Source: Catajapyx aquilonaris (lineage: Eukaryota). Taken from it: a stretch of 64,000 bases of DNA. A program made the position numbers and the translations under genes. How positions within the stretch are numbered: the stretch's first letter is position 1; each line of letters starts with the position of its first letter. The notes under the pieces are model-generated. The model saw nothing but the letters and a program-made list of their open reading frames with translations, was not told the origin of the DNA and made no database searches. Positions 48,901-61,475 of this stretch are shown here, in pieces. The stretch is taken from the NCBI GenBank assembly GCA_000934665.2, contig KZ538337.1:1-64000 (forward strand), written 5' to 3'.

Positions 48901-51900
48901 GCATCGCGTATAGAAATTTTTATACTTCAACATTTTATACGAGCTCGTGCAATGAAATAGTTATACCGCGAAAAATGCTATATAACTTACCATGAATTTG
49001 TTGTTTTTCGCATGAATACATTTGTTACAAATTGCCTTTTGAGCATCATAGCTGACCAACTGCACCACGTATAAGCGATTATTATTTATGCACAGCTAGA
49101 GCACAGTATTTCACATTATACAGTTACGGACCCGAAACGGTTTCTTCGAGCGTTATTGATATGGACATACTAATTATTTTTATTTCTCCAAAAATAAAAA
49201 TTCTGCCACCCCAACTCCAACCACACACAGAGTACAACCTAATTTGAAGCGTCATACTAAATTTATTGACCTTTTTTTTTGCAATGAGCCAAGTCGTAAT
49301 TCACAACAAGTCATTACAAATAACGATCCTAGTGAGCTGAACCATATTGCCATATATCACTTTATGATCATCCAGCCTTTCCTAAATACACATTGACGCT
49401 TCACTTCATCCACTCCCCAATCTCCTTCCTCCAAAAATACTCACACGTCACTATAAAATCATGCTCTCACATTACGCCTGTCGAAGCACGTACGAGACTA
49501 AAAGGTGTTCCAATAAGTGCGTCCATTCCCGAGAGATAAAAAAAAACTCTGGTTCCAAAGAATCATTCATGGATAAGAACGTGCCTGGTCCGTAACGAGC
49601 TGTCTTAACTCGAGCCCAAGAGCAGTGAATCACATTATTAAATTATCGAGCAAGTCACGAAAGGCATTGCAGCAGTAGCTCCTTCTATTAGGACCCTACA
49701 TTTTACCAAACGCATTCCGGATTCCCATAGATGTGACTTCCTTGGCCCACAATTCCTCCTGAAAAAAAATATATGCAATAATTTGAAAAAGAAATAAGTT
49801 GAAGGGTGGAAACTTGACTAATTCGATGCCCTCCAGGTGAAACTTTTGCCTGGTTTGTGATGGCAGCCCTTCCCAAACCTTGATTAATTCCACCTTCAAT
49901 TTCCCCACCTGGGGGTTAGCCTCAACGCTCTTTTGTGCCTTCCTTCACCATCTCTTCTTCCTCAGAGAATGAAGATGGGGGTGGGGGAAGGAGGGGGAAA
50001 AAATAAATAGAGAGCAAAAGAAGGAGGGAAAAAAAGAAAATGGTCTAGGAGCCATTCAGGGCTTTTCGTTACAAATGGGATGCATCACTCACTTTCCTCT
50101 CGTGGGAGTCACTCAATCGACTTACATTGCGAATGTTTTCTGGCCTGCTCACAATACATGTTCGTATGTGTATGCTCTTCTGGTGTAAAGTGGGCGACAT
50201 ATTTTAATCCCCATAATTCAGTTACAAAAAATTTCAGACAAATTGGCCATTGCTTAAGATGGAGTACTTCTACTTTACAAAATCTGCGATACCAACTTAT
50301 ATTGACCTCCAGGAGTTCATCCCAGTTTTCCTGAATCCTGAAACACCCTCTTATTCATTCTACAATAATATATTTTGAATCGCCCTCTAATAAATGACCT
50401 CTTTAAAATTTGATACAATTTGCGATAACTTGTTCTGAAAATCCGATTAATTGTCTGATCCACTTCCAATGCTTTGTGGAAAGAATATTAATTTTTTTTT
50501 TCCCTCGCAATGAAAATGAAGTGTTGCCATACTTTCGAGTTCAAAGACTGTAGGAAAAGGGCACGCACGATTTTCCCCAAAATTCGGCATGAGGGGAATA
50601 TAAAGACCATGACGTTTTCAACGCCTTCTTCTCATTTGTGAGAGAAGAAGGAAAAGAGAAAAAAAAAATGGGGAAGGGGTGTGGAGGAGACCCTGACTAC
50701 TCGGATTTGGAAATGGGCCCGATTTTATTCCGGGAGACTCAATAAGAAATGTTTCCTCATCTGCAGACTGGGGAAGGAAAAAAAAGAGTTGACAACACTT
50801 TGCACTCGCATTGGCATTAGCAAGGCAAAGGCGTAATTTGTCCTCGGGAGGCAAATATTTCGGAACCGTATCCCTTGAGACTTGTGCTGCAGTCCTAAGG
50901 ACCTCCCAAGGTGCTCACTCACATTCAGACGGGTTTGTTAGGAGTTAGAAAACTCAACTTTCTTATGGTCAGTGGTAATCCACCTGCTCTTCTTGTAACG
51001 AACCTGATTATAGCAGGGATCCCCCCCCCAAAAAAAAAAAACTTACATGGTGTCAAAAAGATTTTACAAGCCAATAATGATTAGATCAGGGTTCAGGGAA
51101 CTCACTCATTTTTTTGTGAACCACACAGTCATCTACAATATTGAAAGCACCTTGTGAATCCATACTTCAGTTGGAAAAATGAAAATGTATGAATACCACT
51201 GTTTCCATATCTTCCTGTGGCGGTAAAATAAATGACGGACCACATTTTCAGTGATTCAGTACTTAGTAAGTAATAAAGTAGATCTATTGTATATTAATCT
51301 ACATACCTGAAGAGACATTACAACCTGCTATTGTTGTGCACATATTGTAAGTGTTACTGGTTTACATTAACTAATCAGAAGCAGGTTGGTGAAAATTTAA
51401 CTTTTACGTAGCACACTGACATTAAAGGCCAGGTTGACAGAAGTGCCATTTATAACCCAGTAGGCTATATTTGAAGAAAGTTGTAAATAATTCAAATGTC
51501 ATATTACAGTCCTGCATGCTATATTTAAGCAAAGTAACCAATGTATAGCCACAAGTGCCAATCTTGATGCCCGGGTCTCAGTTACGGAATTATCAGAATA
51601 GATTCTGAGGTCTACCAGGGAGACTGCATGAATTTTTACCAAACTTTGATAAATCAGACTAATTGTGGGATGAACTTATATTAATATGACCAATATGCTA
51701 TGGAGATCAGTGATTAATGGCCAGCTTTTGCCATGGATAATAAATAATGAGATTAAAGATGATAGAAACAAATAAAAAGTCAAAAAATGCTCGCCAATTT
51801 CTCTACAATTTCTCAACAAGCATCAATTTTTAAGAGTTCGCACAAATATAATTTAAAAACTAGTAAATTTAATACTGACCACGATATAAAAAATTACGGT

Positions 51901-52752
51901 AAATTACGGCATATCCAAAGAGCGCTTGAAGGCAGCCTCATCTAATAGCCTGCTGTACAAGCATATTAGAGTTATAGCAATTCCAGAATCTTCAGCGGAC
52001 TAATAATCCTTCTAGCGGATAACAATACTCTTTCCGATAGCAGGCAATATTAAAAGTGAATCCGGAACACAAGGCCCAAGGGAAACATCTTTAGGAGCTT
52101 GATGCTTTAAAGAGGATACGCCCAACCAGTTTCCCTCCTGACCAGATGGTTGCAATTAAAGTCGGGGTAAAAAAATAGTGATTGAAACGTTCACCCTACG
52201 TCCACTCCGAAAGCCTACTATTAAACCCCAATATCCCTACCATTACGGAACAATTAGTCCTTTTGCGGTGACCAGCTAGTTTAGTAGTCGCAGATTCAAT
52301 CGATCGATCAGAGATCGATCCTGGGTGTTTATATCCGCAAGCAAAAAGTGTGCCTTCCTGTAATCACAGCCTCTACAGTTAGGCTACAGGTGGAGAAGGT
52401 AATCTCCACCTTGTCTTGCCTGTAAGAGAATGACGGGCTCGTCCATCAAACTAGCTTCTGTCGGCTCTTTGTTTCGCAACGGGCCATCCCAACTAGGGAG
52501 AAAATGGCAGGCAATTGATGGCTGCCACTAGTAATCATCAGAGTCTCAACCAGGTCCTATTAGCTCAAGGCATGGCCACCTATGTGCTGTTTGAATCCAC
52601 ACACATTGCTTCCTACAACCCGATCGCATGTGATAGCTTCTAGCTCTTTCAGTGTAGGCCCCTACTACCCCGGTTTCATTCGATCAGCCCCTACTACCTG
52701 CTTGCCACGTGATTGATAACTATACACAGGCTGGTACATGATACCACTCATA

Positions 52753-53105
52753 CAGGGTGTTTCAACTTTTTTGTCCGAACAGTTATCGGAAATATTGCAC
52801 TGAGCTGCTACCACAACCTAAGGAGGCGTATACTCATCCAGGTCACTCGCAATCGACAAAGTCGATTGACGTCAAAATGACGTCGCCAATGATGACCAGG
52901 GCAGGGCGAGGAGAATTGGCGATGTCATTTTGACGTCAATCGACTTTGTCGATTGCGAGTGACCTGAATGAGTATACGCCTCAAGATTCGCAGGGAATAT
53001 TCCCCATTCCTCTGACAAACCGGTTGCAAGCCACTGCTTACAAAGTAGCAGCTTATAGTGCAATATTTCCGATAACTGTCCGGACAAAAAAGTTGAAACA
53101 CCCTG
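52753..53105. mobile_element. Tc1/mariner-type MITE containing an inner palindromic element (52823-52982)
   Basis: TA-CAGGGTGTTTCAACTTTTTTGTCCG.ACAGTTATCGGAAATATTGCACT mirrored at 53057-53105; inner GAGGCGTATACTCA..TGAGTATACGCCTC flanked by AAG on both sides. Confidence 0.85.
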
Positions 53106-55002
53106 TATAGTCACTTTCTCCTTTTTAGGCTCATGTGATAGTGAGATGTCACAGTGTGATAAGTAGTGGAGTGAAAAGTGAAAGTGAGTGATTCTGTGAC
53201 TGTCGGAGCTACTCTAGCTTGGATGGGCTTGGAAAGAATAATTAGGGTGGTTTCGCAACTTACGAGGACTGGTGTATAGAGATGTTATTAACACGTGCTA
53301 GATGTGACGACATTACTTTGTCCAAGGTGATTAGATGCAATTTTGTGACAAGAAAATTCATCACAGTGCAAGATACGAGCCAAAAGATGGGGACGGACCA
53401 ACAACGGTAGAAGATGATGACGTTTCCTAATGTTGCTGGACATTTACATTCGTTGAAGACCCAGGTTATCCCCATACTATATATTATATTCTTAATAGTT
53501 CGACCAATGGTATCCGGTTACAACAACCAGCATTTACCAAGGTAAAATTTAAGAAAAAAAAACCCCTTCACCTTGATCAAGTACTGATGGTTGTATAGAG
53601 CCAGGATACCATTAGTCAAACTTTGTTTGACATCTGGTATCTACATATTCGTATGATGGATTACCTGCTCTTCTTAAGACTCACAAATCATACGACAGGT
53701 GTTGGAACAAAGCTCAGAAACGTCTTATGTTCCCCCCATATATTCTGGCATATAACAAGCAAAGTGTTGGATATATTACTCCTCATCAAACTAGGTTACG
53801 TGCCTGTATAGTGTCCCATTTTATGTCCCCTTCCGAACCCTTTGGCAGTGGTGAGGGCTTTTCATTCGCATTCGGCCTCTGTCTGATAACAAGGGATCAA
53901 ACTTCAACCAGACTTCTTGTGACACAAGCTCGTAAAAGGACCGAATTACGACCTCCCCCCATCTCTTAACAGATTTTCCTGGCAGTCTTGTAAACTCTTA
54001 TGTCCAGAAACATGGAATGGACATTTTCATGGAACTCAGGCTTAATTGAAACGATTCTAGCGGGCCCTTTTACCAACTCCTTTTATATACGGTCTGTTTT
54101 TTTTTTTTGTTTTTTTTTTCGGAACCCCTTTTCCCCCTCTGGGGGTTATACGATGGAACTCGAACCGGATGCATAAAGCACACGCAGATTTTCATTCCCT
54201 TGTAGCTGGGAATTCCAGCAAGCGGTTGGTTTTATGGCCATCTGTTTCCATGCCTAGGAATTGCAGACAAAACGTGCAGCAAATTGCTCTCTTGAGGGAT
54301 TTTGAGGGTGCTTACAACACCGCCCCATTATGCGCTGCACACAGACACTCTTGCAACAAAGTGTCCGGAGCCCATCCGTAATAAATGAAAACCTAGAGCT
54401 AACATTGCTCTAGTTCTTGAAAACACGGGACAAAAGTTGGGCTGGAAGTGAAGTGTTAGTATTCCGTCAGCACTTTCAGGTCTCGGGGCTTCAATGGTTG
54501 TTACGAAATTTCTTGTGCTAATACACTATTTTTTTAAAAAAATTATGAGTTTGCTATGGAAATACTCGTACGTTGGAAAAAAAATGATCTCAATGTCATG
54601 AAAAATATAAATAAATAAAAATTATAAGGCGTATAAAAATAATTTTAGCCCGCCTACCATACCAGCATTTGAGAGTCTTTTTCATATGTAAAAAAAATGT
54701 GATTGCTAATTTCAAAGTGCCCAATGGCAATCGTTCCGGAATATTAGCAGGTTTTAATAAGCCATCTATAATATTAAAATCGTAGTGGAAGTGTAGGTTT
54801 TGCCTTCTGATTGGTCCGCCGCCATATGGTTACCGCGACGCTTCCGATTGGCCAGCGTTCTACGCATGCGCAATGGATGGAGGACCCATTCAGTTGCATG
54901 TTGGCCGCCGGAGAGTGAAAGTCGCTGTTCGTCTCTCTCGTCCGTTAAAAAAAAACACAGATCGTTCATATACCAAGGGGTAAATCACTCAGAAGTTCAG
55001 CG

Positions 55003-55102
55003 TACAACGGACTTGTAAAAAGCCGGACTTGGGCCCAGACTTGGTCGGACTTAGGCCCGGACTTGGTCGGACTTGGCGCCTTATACGTATACAACGGACT
55101 TG
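55003..55102. repeat. CGGACTT short-motif array bounded by 13-nt direct repeats
   Basis: Seven GACTT-containing units; TACAACGGACTTG at 55003-55015 and 55090-55102. Confidence 0.7.
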
Positions 55103-56473
55103 ATGAGTGATTTACCCATTGGTTCATACAGAAAAAGGCGAGAATGTCCCATTAAATTTCAATTAGACCATCAAGCAGCATCTTATATGCATATGCCATA
55201 CCGCCAGCTGTACAAATATTACTGTACGACCGTGCAATATTTATGCAATCTTAATAGACTCAAGTGTTACTTGCATAAGGTTGTAAGACGGCTGGATACA
55301 TCATATAAGTCAGTCTGATGATTCTATTATTAGAGTTGACCTACTATTATTCCCAAGTTGTAACTTCAGTAACCACCGATGAGTAAACATTGTGGCTTTG
55401 ACGTCATATACGCAATGTGTAGTTGTTCTGGTCTGTAAATAAACCAGATGCAAGGCATGTTACATAAGGGGAGTCACACAGATGGAAAGTGTCATGTATT
55501 CGGGAGTCAGACAAAGTGGCTTGGCGACGGCAAAGGGGGTGTGGAGAGGAACCCCCATTTGTTACCAGAGAAGATGGGGTTCCGAAACATTGACAAAGAA
55601 GTGTGGGGGCAGAGCCGAGGAACAAGTCCAGCAGGAAACTGTCAAGACGTCAACTCGCATTGGTGGCTGCTTATTCGGCTTACAAATTGTCCCCAACACG
55701 AGCGACCTGATTATGCCTTTAGCTTTGCATCAGGCCCGGTCTGCAACTTCTCATATTGTCAGAGATACCAACAAAAGTCTCGACACATAAAGTAAACAGT
55801 ATTTTACGCGTTAACAATTATTTAATATCTGAAGCACAAGCATCAACAATATTGCAATATGATCAGGCATCAATTAGGAATATTACATGATAAAACATGC
55901 ATCAACACTATAGGACATAAATGTTTTGTAATGTGTCCAAGAGAGAATGCCCTCCATTATGAATAGTTTTGTAATGTACATAGAAAAAAAAATTTATGAC
56001 CTTTTCCTAGAATAATCTGTGGTTGCAACAGATTATTTCATGCTGTCAGGCAATAGACAAAACTATCATCCAGGAAAAAGACCAGAGTTGTTCCTGTATA
56101 CGGGTACTGAGTAATTTAGAACGGCTTGCGAGCATTGGTCGGATACGGGTACCCATGAGGCAGTTTCTGCATGTATATGCGGTGAGTGTCGCATATTCCT
56201 GTGCAAAGTAAGTTACGTAGTTTGCCAGCAGGGGCGGCCTCGGGGCCTTTTTATAGTGCCTTTCATCATTCCAAACGGATATCCGCCTACCGGTGCGTTT
56301 TCCGGAGCCTTTGTAAATATTCGGTATAGAATGGGATATTGAGAATCTTGCCAATATTATTAACGCACTTGTGTAAATATGATAAGCATGTAATAAAACA
56401 CAAAAATTAAAAAGTTCGCTGCGGAAGCGGCAATAGTTTAGCAACTTACTCAAAGAAAATAAAAAATGAAATT

Positions 56474-56546
56474 CGACCCAGCCAGGATTTGAACCTGGAA
56501 TCTTCTGATCCGTAGTCAGACGCGTTATCCGTTGCGCCACTGGGCC
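56474..56546 (-). tRNA. tRNA-Arg-ACG: tRNA-Arg, anticodon ACG
   Basis: 73-nt GGCCCAGTGGCGCAACGGATAACGCGTCTGACTACGGATCAGAAGATTCCAGGTTCAAATCCTGGCTGGGTCG; full cloverleaf, close to the metazoan Arg-ACG sequence; followed by a TTTTTT Pol III terminator. Confidence 0.95.
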
Positions 56547-58149
56547 TCCATATCAGCAGACCCTTGATTATGTACAGGACCTGTTATCAGTGGCTCAGCG
56601 CGTACTTTATTAATTTTTCCATCACACTAGATTGGCACAATATCAACTTCTCGAAAATAATTGTATGCTGTAGTGCTGTACTGTACCTATATTCGAAGAG
56701 TGACTGTTCAAATTCAGGAATAATTACATGTTGATACGGTGAAAAGTGCAATTAAAAAGTGGCTCATTAAAAATGAGAGTGGATTTCCCAAGCACTAAAT
56801 GCCCTAGAGTAACAAGTTTCCTTCTAGAAATACTGGATATATTATATGTTATAAATTAAAAGTGCATGAAAAGGCAACAACATTTTTTCCACCTCTTGAA
56901 GCTCATAATTTGGAACGGATTTCGTTCATTCGTGGGAAAATGGTAACGAAGGCTAACTTTGCATAATTCTGTGCAGCCTGTACGAGTCACTTATACGTCA
57001 TGAAGTCATATTAATGCAGAATTGTCGTCCCTCTCTGTACAAACTGAATTTGTAAATATATTTCTCAAAATACGAATACTTCATAGGTGATAAAAGATGT
57101 TGACAACATCATGAAGTTACAGCTGGAAACTGCAGCTAAAAATCGACCAGGTTGCATCAAGTTAGGAAATAACAAGTTGCACCACACCCATCTCAAAGTG
57201 GGCCAAACCTCTGCATGTAAGGATCAGGGCCTTTTCCTTCCTCATTGCCAAGCATCTGGACTGTCAAAAAGAAGGGGTCATCCGGGCTAGAAAGTGGTTC
57301 CCTGATCATAAGATGACTGATCCTCACGACCTAGTGTCGTGAGTGAAAGGTTCCGACCATGATACACTATGCAGTGCCATTGACATTGCTAGCTTATAAA
57401 GGATACAAGGAAGCAGGCTGATGAAGCAGTTCCAAACCCCCCTGACATCCCGACAGGTAGAAAGGCAAAGGGTGATGGCACCTGGCAAGAGATACACCTT
57501 GGCCATGAATGACATGAAAGGGCTCCGGGATGATTCGGTATGACCTCAGATTGAAATCCAATCGTCGTATACAGTTGGGGGCTTCCTGGCATCTCAGATT
57601 GACAAGATTGGGCCTCCATGAGTCAAATGGCCTGCTGCCAAACGTCCGGATGCGACGTCACGGGCATACGTCACTTCCTAGCGTTACTACCACCACCTGG
57701 TAGGACGCAACGGGAACTGACACGTGCCCTCGCCAAATCAAGGGGTTGAACCGTGCGATTAAGAAACGTCCGCTCAGTTCTGGCCTTCCCCATCACGGAG
57801 GGAAAAACTACATGTTTGGCTGCTTCCTCTTAACAGCCCAGGGTCGCTCGTGCGGTTCTTCCCGCTCACACTCACGCATCACCACTTGCCTTTTACATGC
57901 ATGCGAAAATATCGGACCTATAAGGATGTGCATCACCAATCGTATTTTATGATCGGATTTACTTAGGAATTTTTAAAATTATTTAACGCCATGATACAAC
58001 TGTAAGCCGTTATGGGGGGGGGGGGGGTGGCACACCACCATCAGTTTTCCAGTGTATATCACTTTTTCTTCTCTCACCGGTGCGGTGCAAGGAAACAAGG
58101 AGACAGTATAGGGATTTTTGGGGAGGGAACATGCGATGTCTGCAAAGGG

Positions 58150-58308
58150 GTCATGTGCTGTTCCCCAGGATGTTAGGTTGCCAGACACCTCCAAGGCGCG
58201 GGTCGACCTTCCTGACGCAGGTGAAATGGAAATCCCAGGCGGGGATCGAACCTGGGACCTTTCACTCAGCAAGCCAAGACGTTACCATCTCGGCCACCAC
58301 ACCTCCCC
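58150..58308 (-). mobile_element. tRNA-headed SINE
   Basis: A box TGGCCGAGATGG and B box GGTTCGATCC, but no pairing acceptor stem; continues into non-tRNA body; 3' limit uncertain. Confidence 0.6.
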
Positions 58309-60954
58309 TTTACTTAGGAAATTATTGCCACATTGGCCACTCGTTGTACAAATAATATTGTGAAAAACATGCCATTCTCGTACATTGATGTGACCCATAC
58401 TATTGGCGCAAGGCTGGATCAGCATGCATCCATGCTCTCCATGACTAATGACCGTAAATACAGGGAGACTCCCCAGTGTGTTTTCAGACCGGTGCGACAT
58501 GTCATCAGTTCGACTGTGCCGTGTTAAAAAGACGCGCGAGATGTCGGGGNGAGAGTGGATGGGGGACTGAAGCTGAAATGACACCTGCATCTGCCGCAAT
58601 CTCATGGGAATGAATAAAAAAAATAGTACTTTCCCTATGATCGATCGGATATCACCGTCTCTAATATCACCCAGAAAAATGGGATAAATTGATGAATAGC
58701 CAGCCCATGAATTTGAAATAAAAATAGAGATGACATGTCTTCCTACTTGTAGTAGGTAGCAGGTAAAATATGCAAATAAATTAAATTTTTAAATAAATAA
58801 ATAAATAAATAACTCCCAAAAAATGTCCAGAGCCAATTCCGAGTATATTTGGGATTTCTGAAGAATCACTAAAATGCATTTGATTACGTGACGTATTGTC
58901 GTTCTCGATAGGAATGGCATCGTCGGTCGGCGGGTCGTTGGTTCGAGAGGAAAAGCACGTGACAAATTGGGCTTGATCTTGGACCTTGACGCCCATGGAA
59001 TGTGGGCTTGTTGGCTGCCAGGCTGGCCTTCCAGCTAGCGTGCCACTGATCTCGAGAGCCATACAAGAGGGGGGAAATTGTTGTGTTCCGGCACTCCGTC
59101 CATCACTACTCGTTTTCCACTTTGGGACGAGAATTGGGGGGGGGGGAGGTCTGGAGGTTACCAGAATCATTTCCCTCTTCCAAAAAGAAGAAAAAAAAAA
59201 AAAGTGAAGAAGAAGAAAAAAAATCAGCAGCCTGAGTCGTAATCTTCAGAGGTGAGATCCGGTCACGAGCAAGGATCAAGGGGGTTGGGGGAGCCTATTC
59301 GAATCCGATTCGATGTGCACATTCTTTACGGCCTTCCTTATGCAAACCATGTAAAGGAGGAGGCCATTACACACCTTGCATGTTCAAGTGCAATTACTTT
59401 TGTGTACTAAGCCGCCGCCGGCAGGAGAAACTTCAGGTGGATGCCAAGGAATAGGGGGGGAAAAAATATTATGTATGCGCCTGGTAATATAATATCCGCA
59501 CCTGTGTGCTACTTCATGCCTTAGAATTGCGCGGCAGATGAGTTACGCTCATGTCGAGCTGTACTTAAAAAGTGTCAGGTTATTATATCTCTGCAGCATT
59601 TCTCTGTGAAACGGGTTTCTTCATTCGGGCAAAGCTTGCAGGGAACAGAAATGCAACATTCAAAATAAAGGCTCTTTTCCACCTCTGCATTCAGAATGAC
59701 ACTATATATTCTCTAAAGCTGCCTAGACCAAGTATAACAAAACTGTGCTGTTTTCAGTACACCCGGTGTTGCGCTGGAGTAATTCAACAAATTGATTTTT
59801 TTTTTGTTGAAATCTGACTATTTGCCGCCAACTTATACGCTCACATCTGGTCTATCCGGATCTAGATTTTTAGTGCAAATTGGGATCTGGCTCCTCTTGC
59901 GATGTGTATATTTTTCCTGCCTTCAAATCTCTGCCGGAGGTTTTAAAACGTCTACCAAAAATAGTTGCTTATCCTTAAAATGCGAAAAACTGCATCCCGT
60001 GTTGTGTAACCATGTGTACTTTTAAAACGCGTTTACAAAGGGGGGGAAAAAGGTGTACGGTGCTACCATATACGATCAGCATTCCTGAGAACCTAAATCG
60101 GGAAATGCGTAGGCTACCATGAGTATAATATATCAGGTTTTACATAACAACCTATGACGACATGACCCATCTTTTCGCATTTGCATTTCTGCAGTCCATT
60201 ACCCAGCAGCCTTGCACAGAATAAACAACATGTGCGTAGCAAGTGTTAAATGTGCTATTCACAATTCACCTACATTTCCTACAGACGTGTAAGTCTGAAA
60301 ACACCAGGGGTGCAAAGGGTCCGGTAAATCAATTTCCCGTACAATACACCCTAAAACCCGGATAATTTACCCCCACCTGGCAAATGGAAGCCTGGAATCA
60401 TCAATCTTGCAGCATTTACCGCCACTACCAGGTCCTTGTTTCTTTTGTAAGCCGGCTCAAAAAGGTGGCCGAAAGGCACCAAGGGATGAGGAGAAGAAGT
60501 AGAAGAAGAAGAAGAAGAAAAAAAAAGGAAATCTAACCACAAAAAGACAAACGATCCGGGTCCCCCAGAAGTGAACTAAAACGGGAGCACTTTGTCTTCA
60601 TTAAGAGTGTAGCCCCTGACTGCCTTTCTGTCGATTCCTTGCAGTCACTTCAGATTAGAGTCGCTAAAACATGGTAACTTATACGCTCCACTGAAACACC
60701 GTCCACAAGAGGCCCGTAATAGGAACCCTATATCGATTTATCCATACAAACCTATATGCAGGCTCATGATTACAAGAGTAAACCCACCAATTGATCCTCA
60801 AATGCCATAGTGTCTCATGATACTTCAAGTCAACTACACTGATATTAGGGGTTGCTCTGCATGTTTATAGTCCATTCAAAAATGTATACTGATACGGGAA
60901 CGGCATAAAGTGATTTAAGGGTGATTAACTCTGTATGCTCAACAGCCAAACCAT

Positions 60955-61023
<69 letters not shown>
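60955..61023 (+). repeat. (GTA)23 microsatellite
   Basis: Perfect trinucleotide run; explains the poly-Leu ORF 60845..61078. Confidence 0.95.
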
Positions 61024-61093
61024 TAAAATAAGGACAAAACTTTACTAGCCAGCACGAGTAACAGTTATGGGGTATCAATGTCAGTTCTTATAC

Positions 61094-61475
61094 CAGGGGT
61101 GGGCAAACTTTTTTCTCCGTGGGCAGCATAGAGATTTTTAAAGAAATTGACGGGCCGCATTTAACAAAAGAAATTCAACTTATTAAAAAGTTTGCAATTA
61201 TTATATATCCATCGTTTTAAAATTTCAAATGAACTTCCATTAATTGCATAAATTATCATTAAATTCTCTGAAATCGATAAAATTAGCTAGATATATCAAT
61301 GAAAATGGCCTGTATAAATTTTAAAAAGCAATATTTTTGCGAATTTAAAGGAATTAAAAAGAAAGGAACAGGCACAAAATTTGGCAATTTTCATTTTTCA
61401 ACATTTTCAGGAATACCGAAATTTTTGTTCGGGCCGCACAAATTGTCTTCGCGGGCCGTAGCTTGCCCACCCCTG
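61094..61475. mobile_element. hAT (Charlie-like) MITE
   Basis: TIRs CAGGGGTGGGCAA / TTGCCCACCCCTG; internal CGGGCCGC motifs; degenerate 8-bp TSD (tcttatac / ccctatat). Confidence 0.8.

Noticed and set aside
55003..55102. Short spaced repeats considered as a CRISPR-like array (also 10269-10361)
   Set aside because: Units are 7-13 nt with no unique ~30-nt spacers; eukaryotic context; no cas genes
55448..55795. ORFs with a GSETLTK motif reminiscent of a LINE RT C-terminus
   Set aside because: One short motif only
57150..57800. Possible Penelope GIY-YIG remnant (VGQTS, KGLN)
   Set aside because: Motifs too short and scattered across frames
60845..61078. Poly-Leu signal-peptide-like ORF as a candidate peroxidasin first exon
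   Set aside because: It is the (GTA)23 microsatellite read on minus; no LRRNT cysteines
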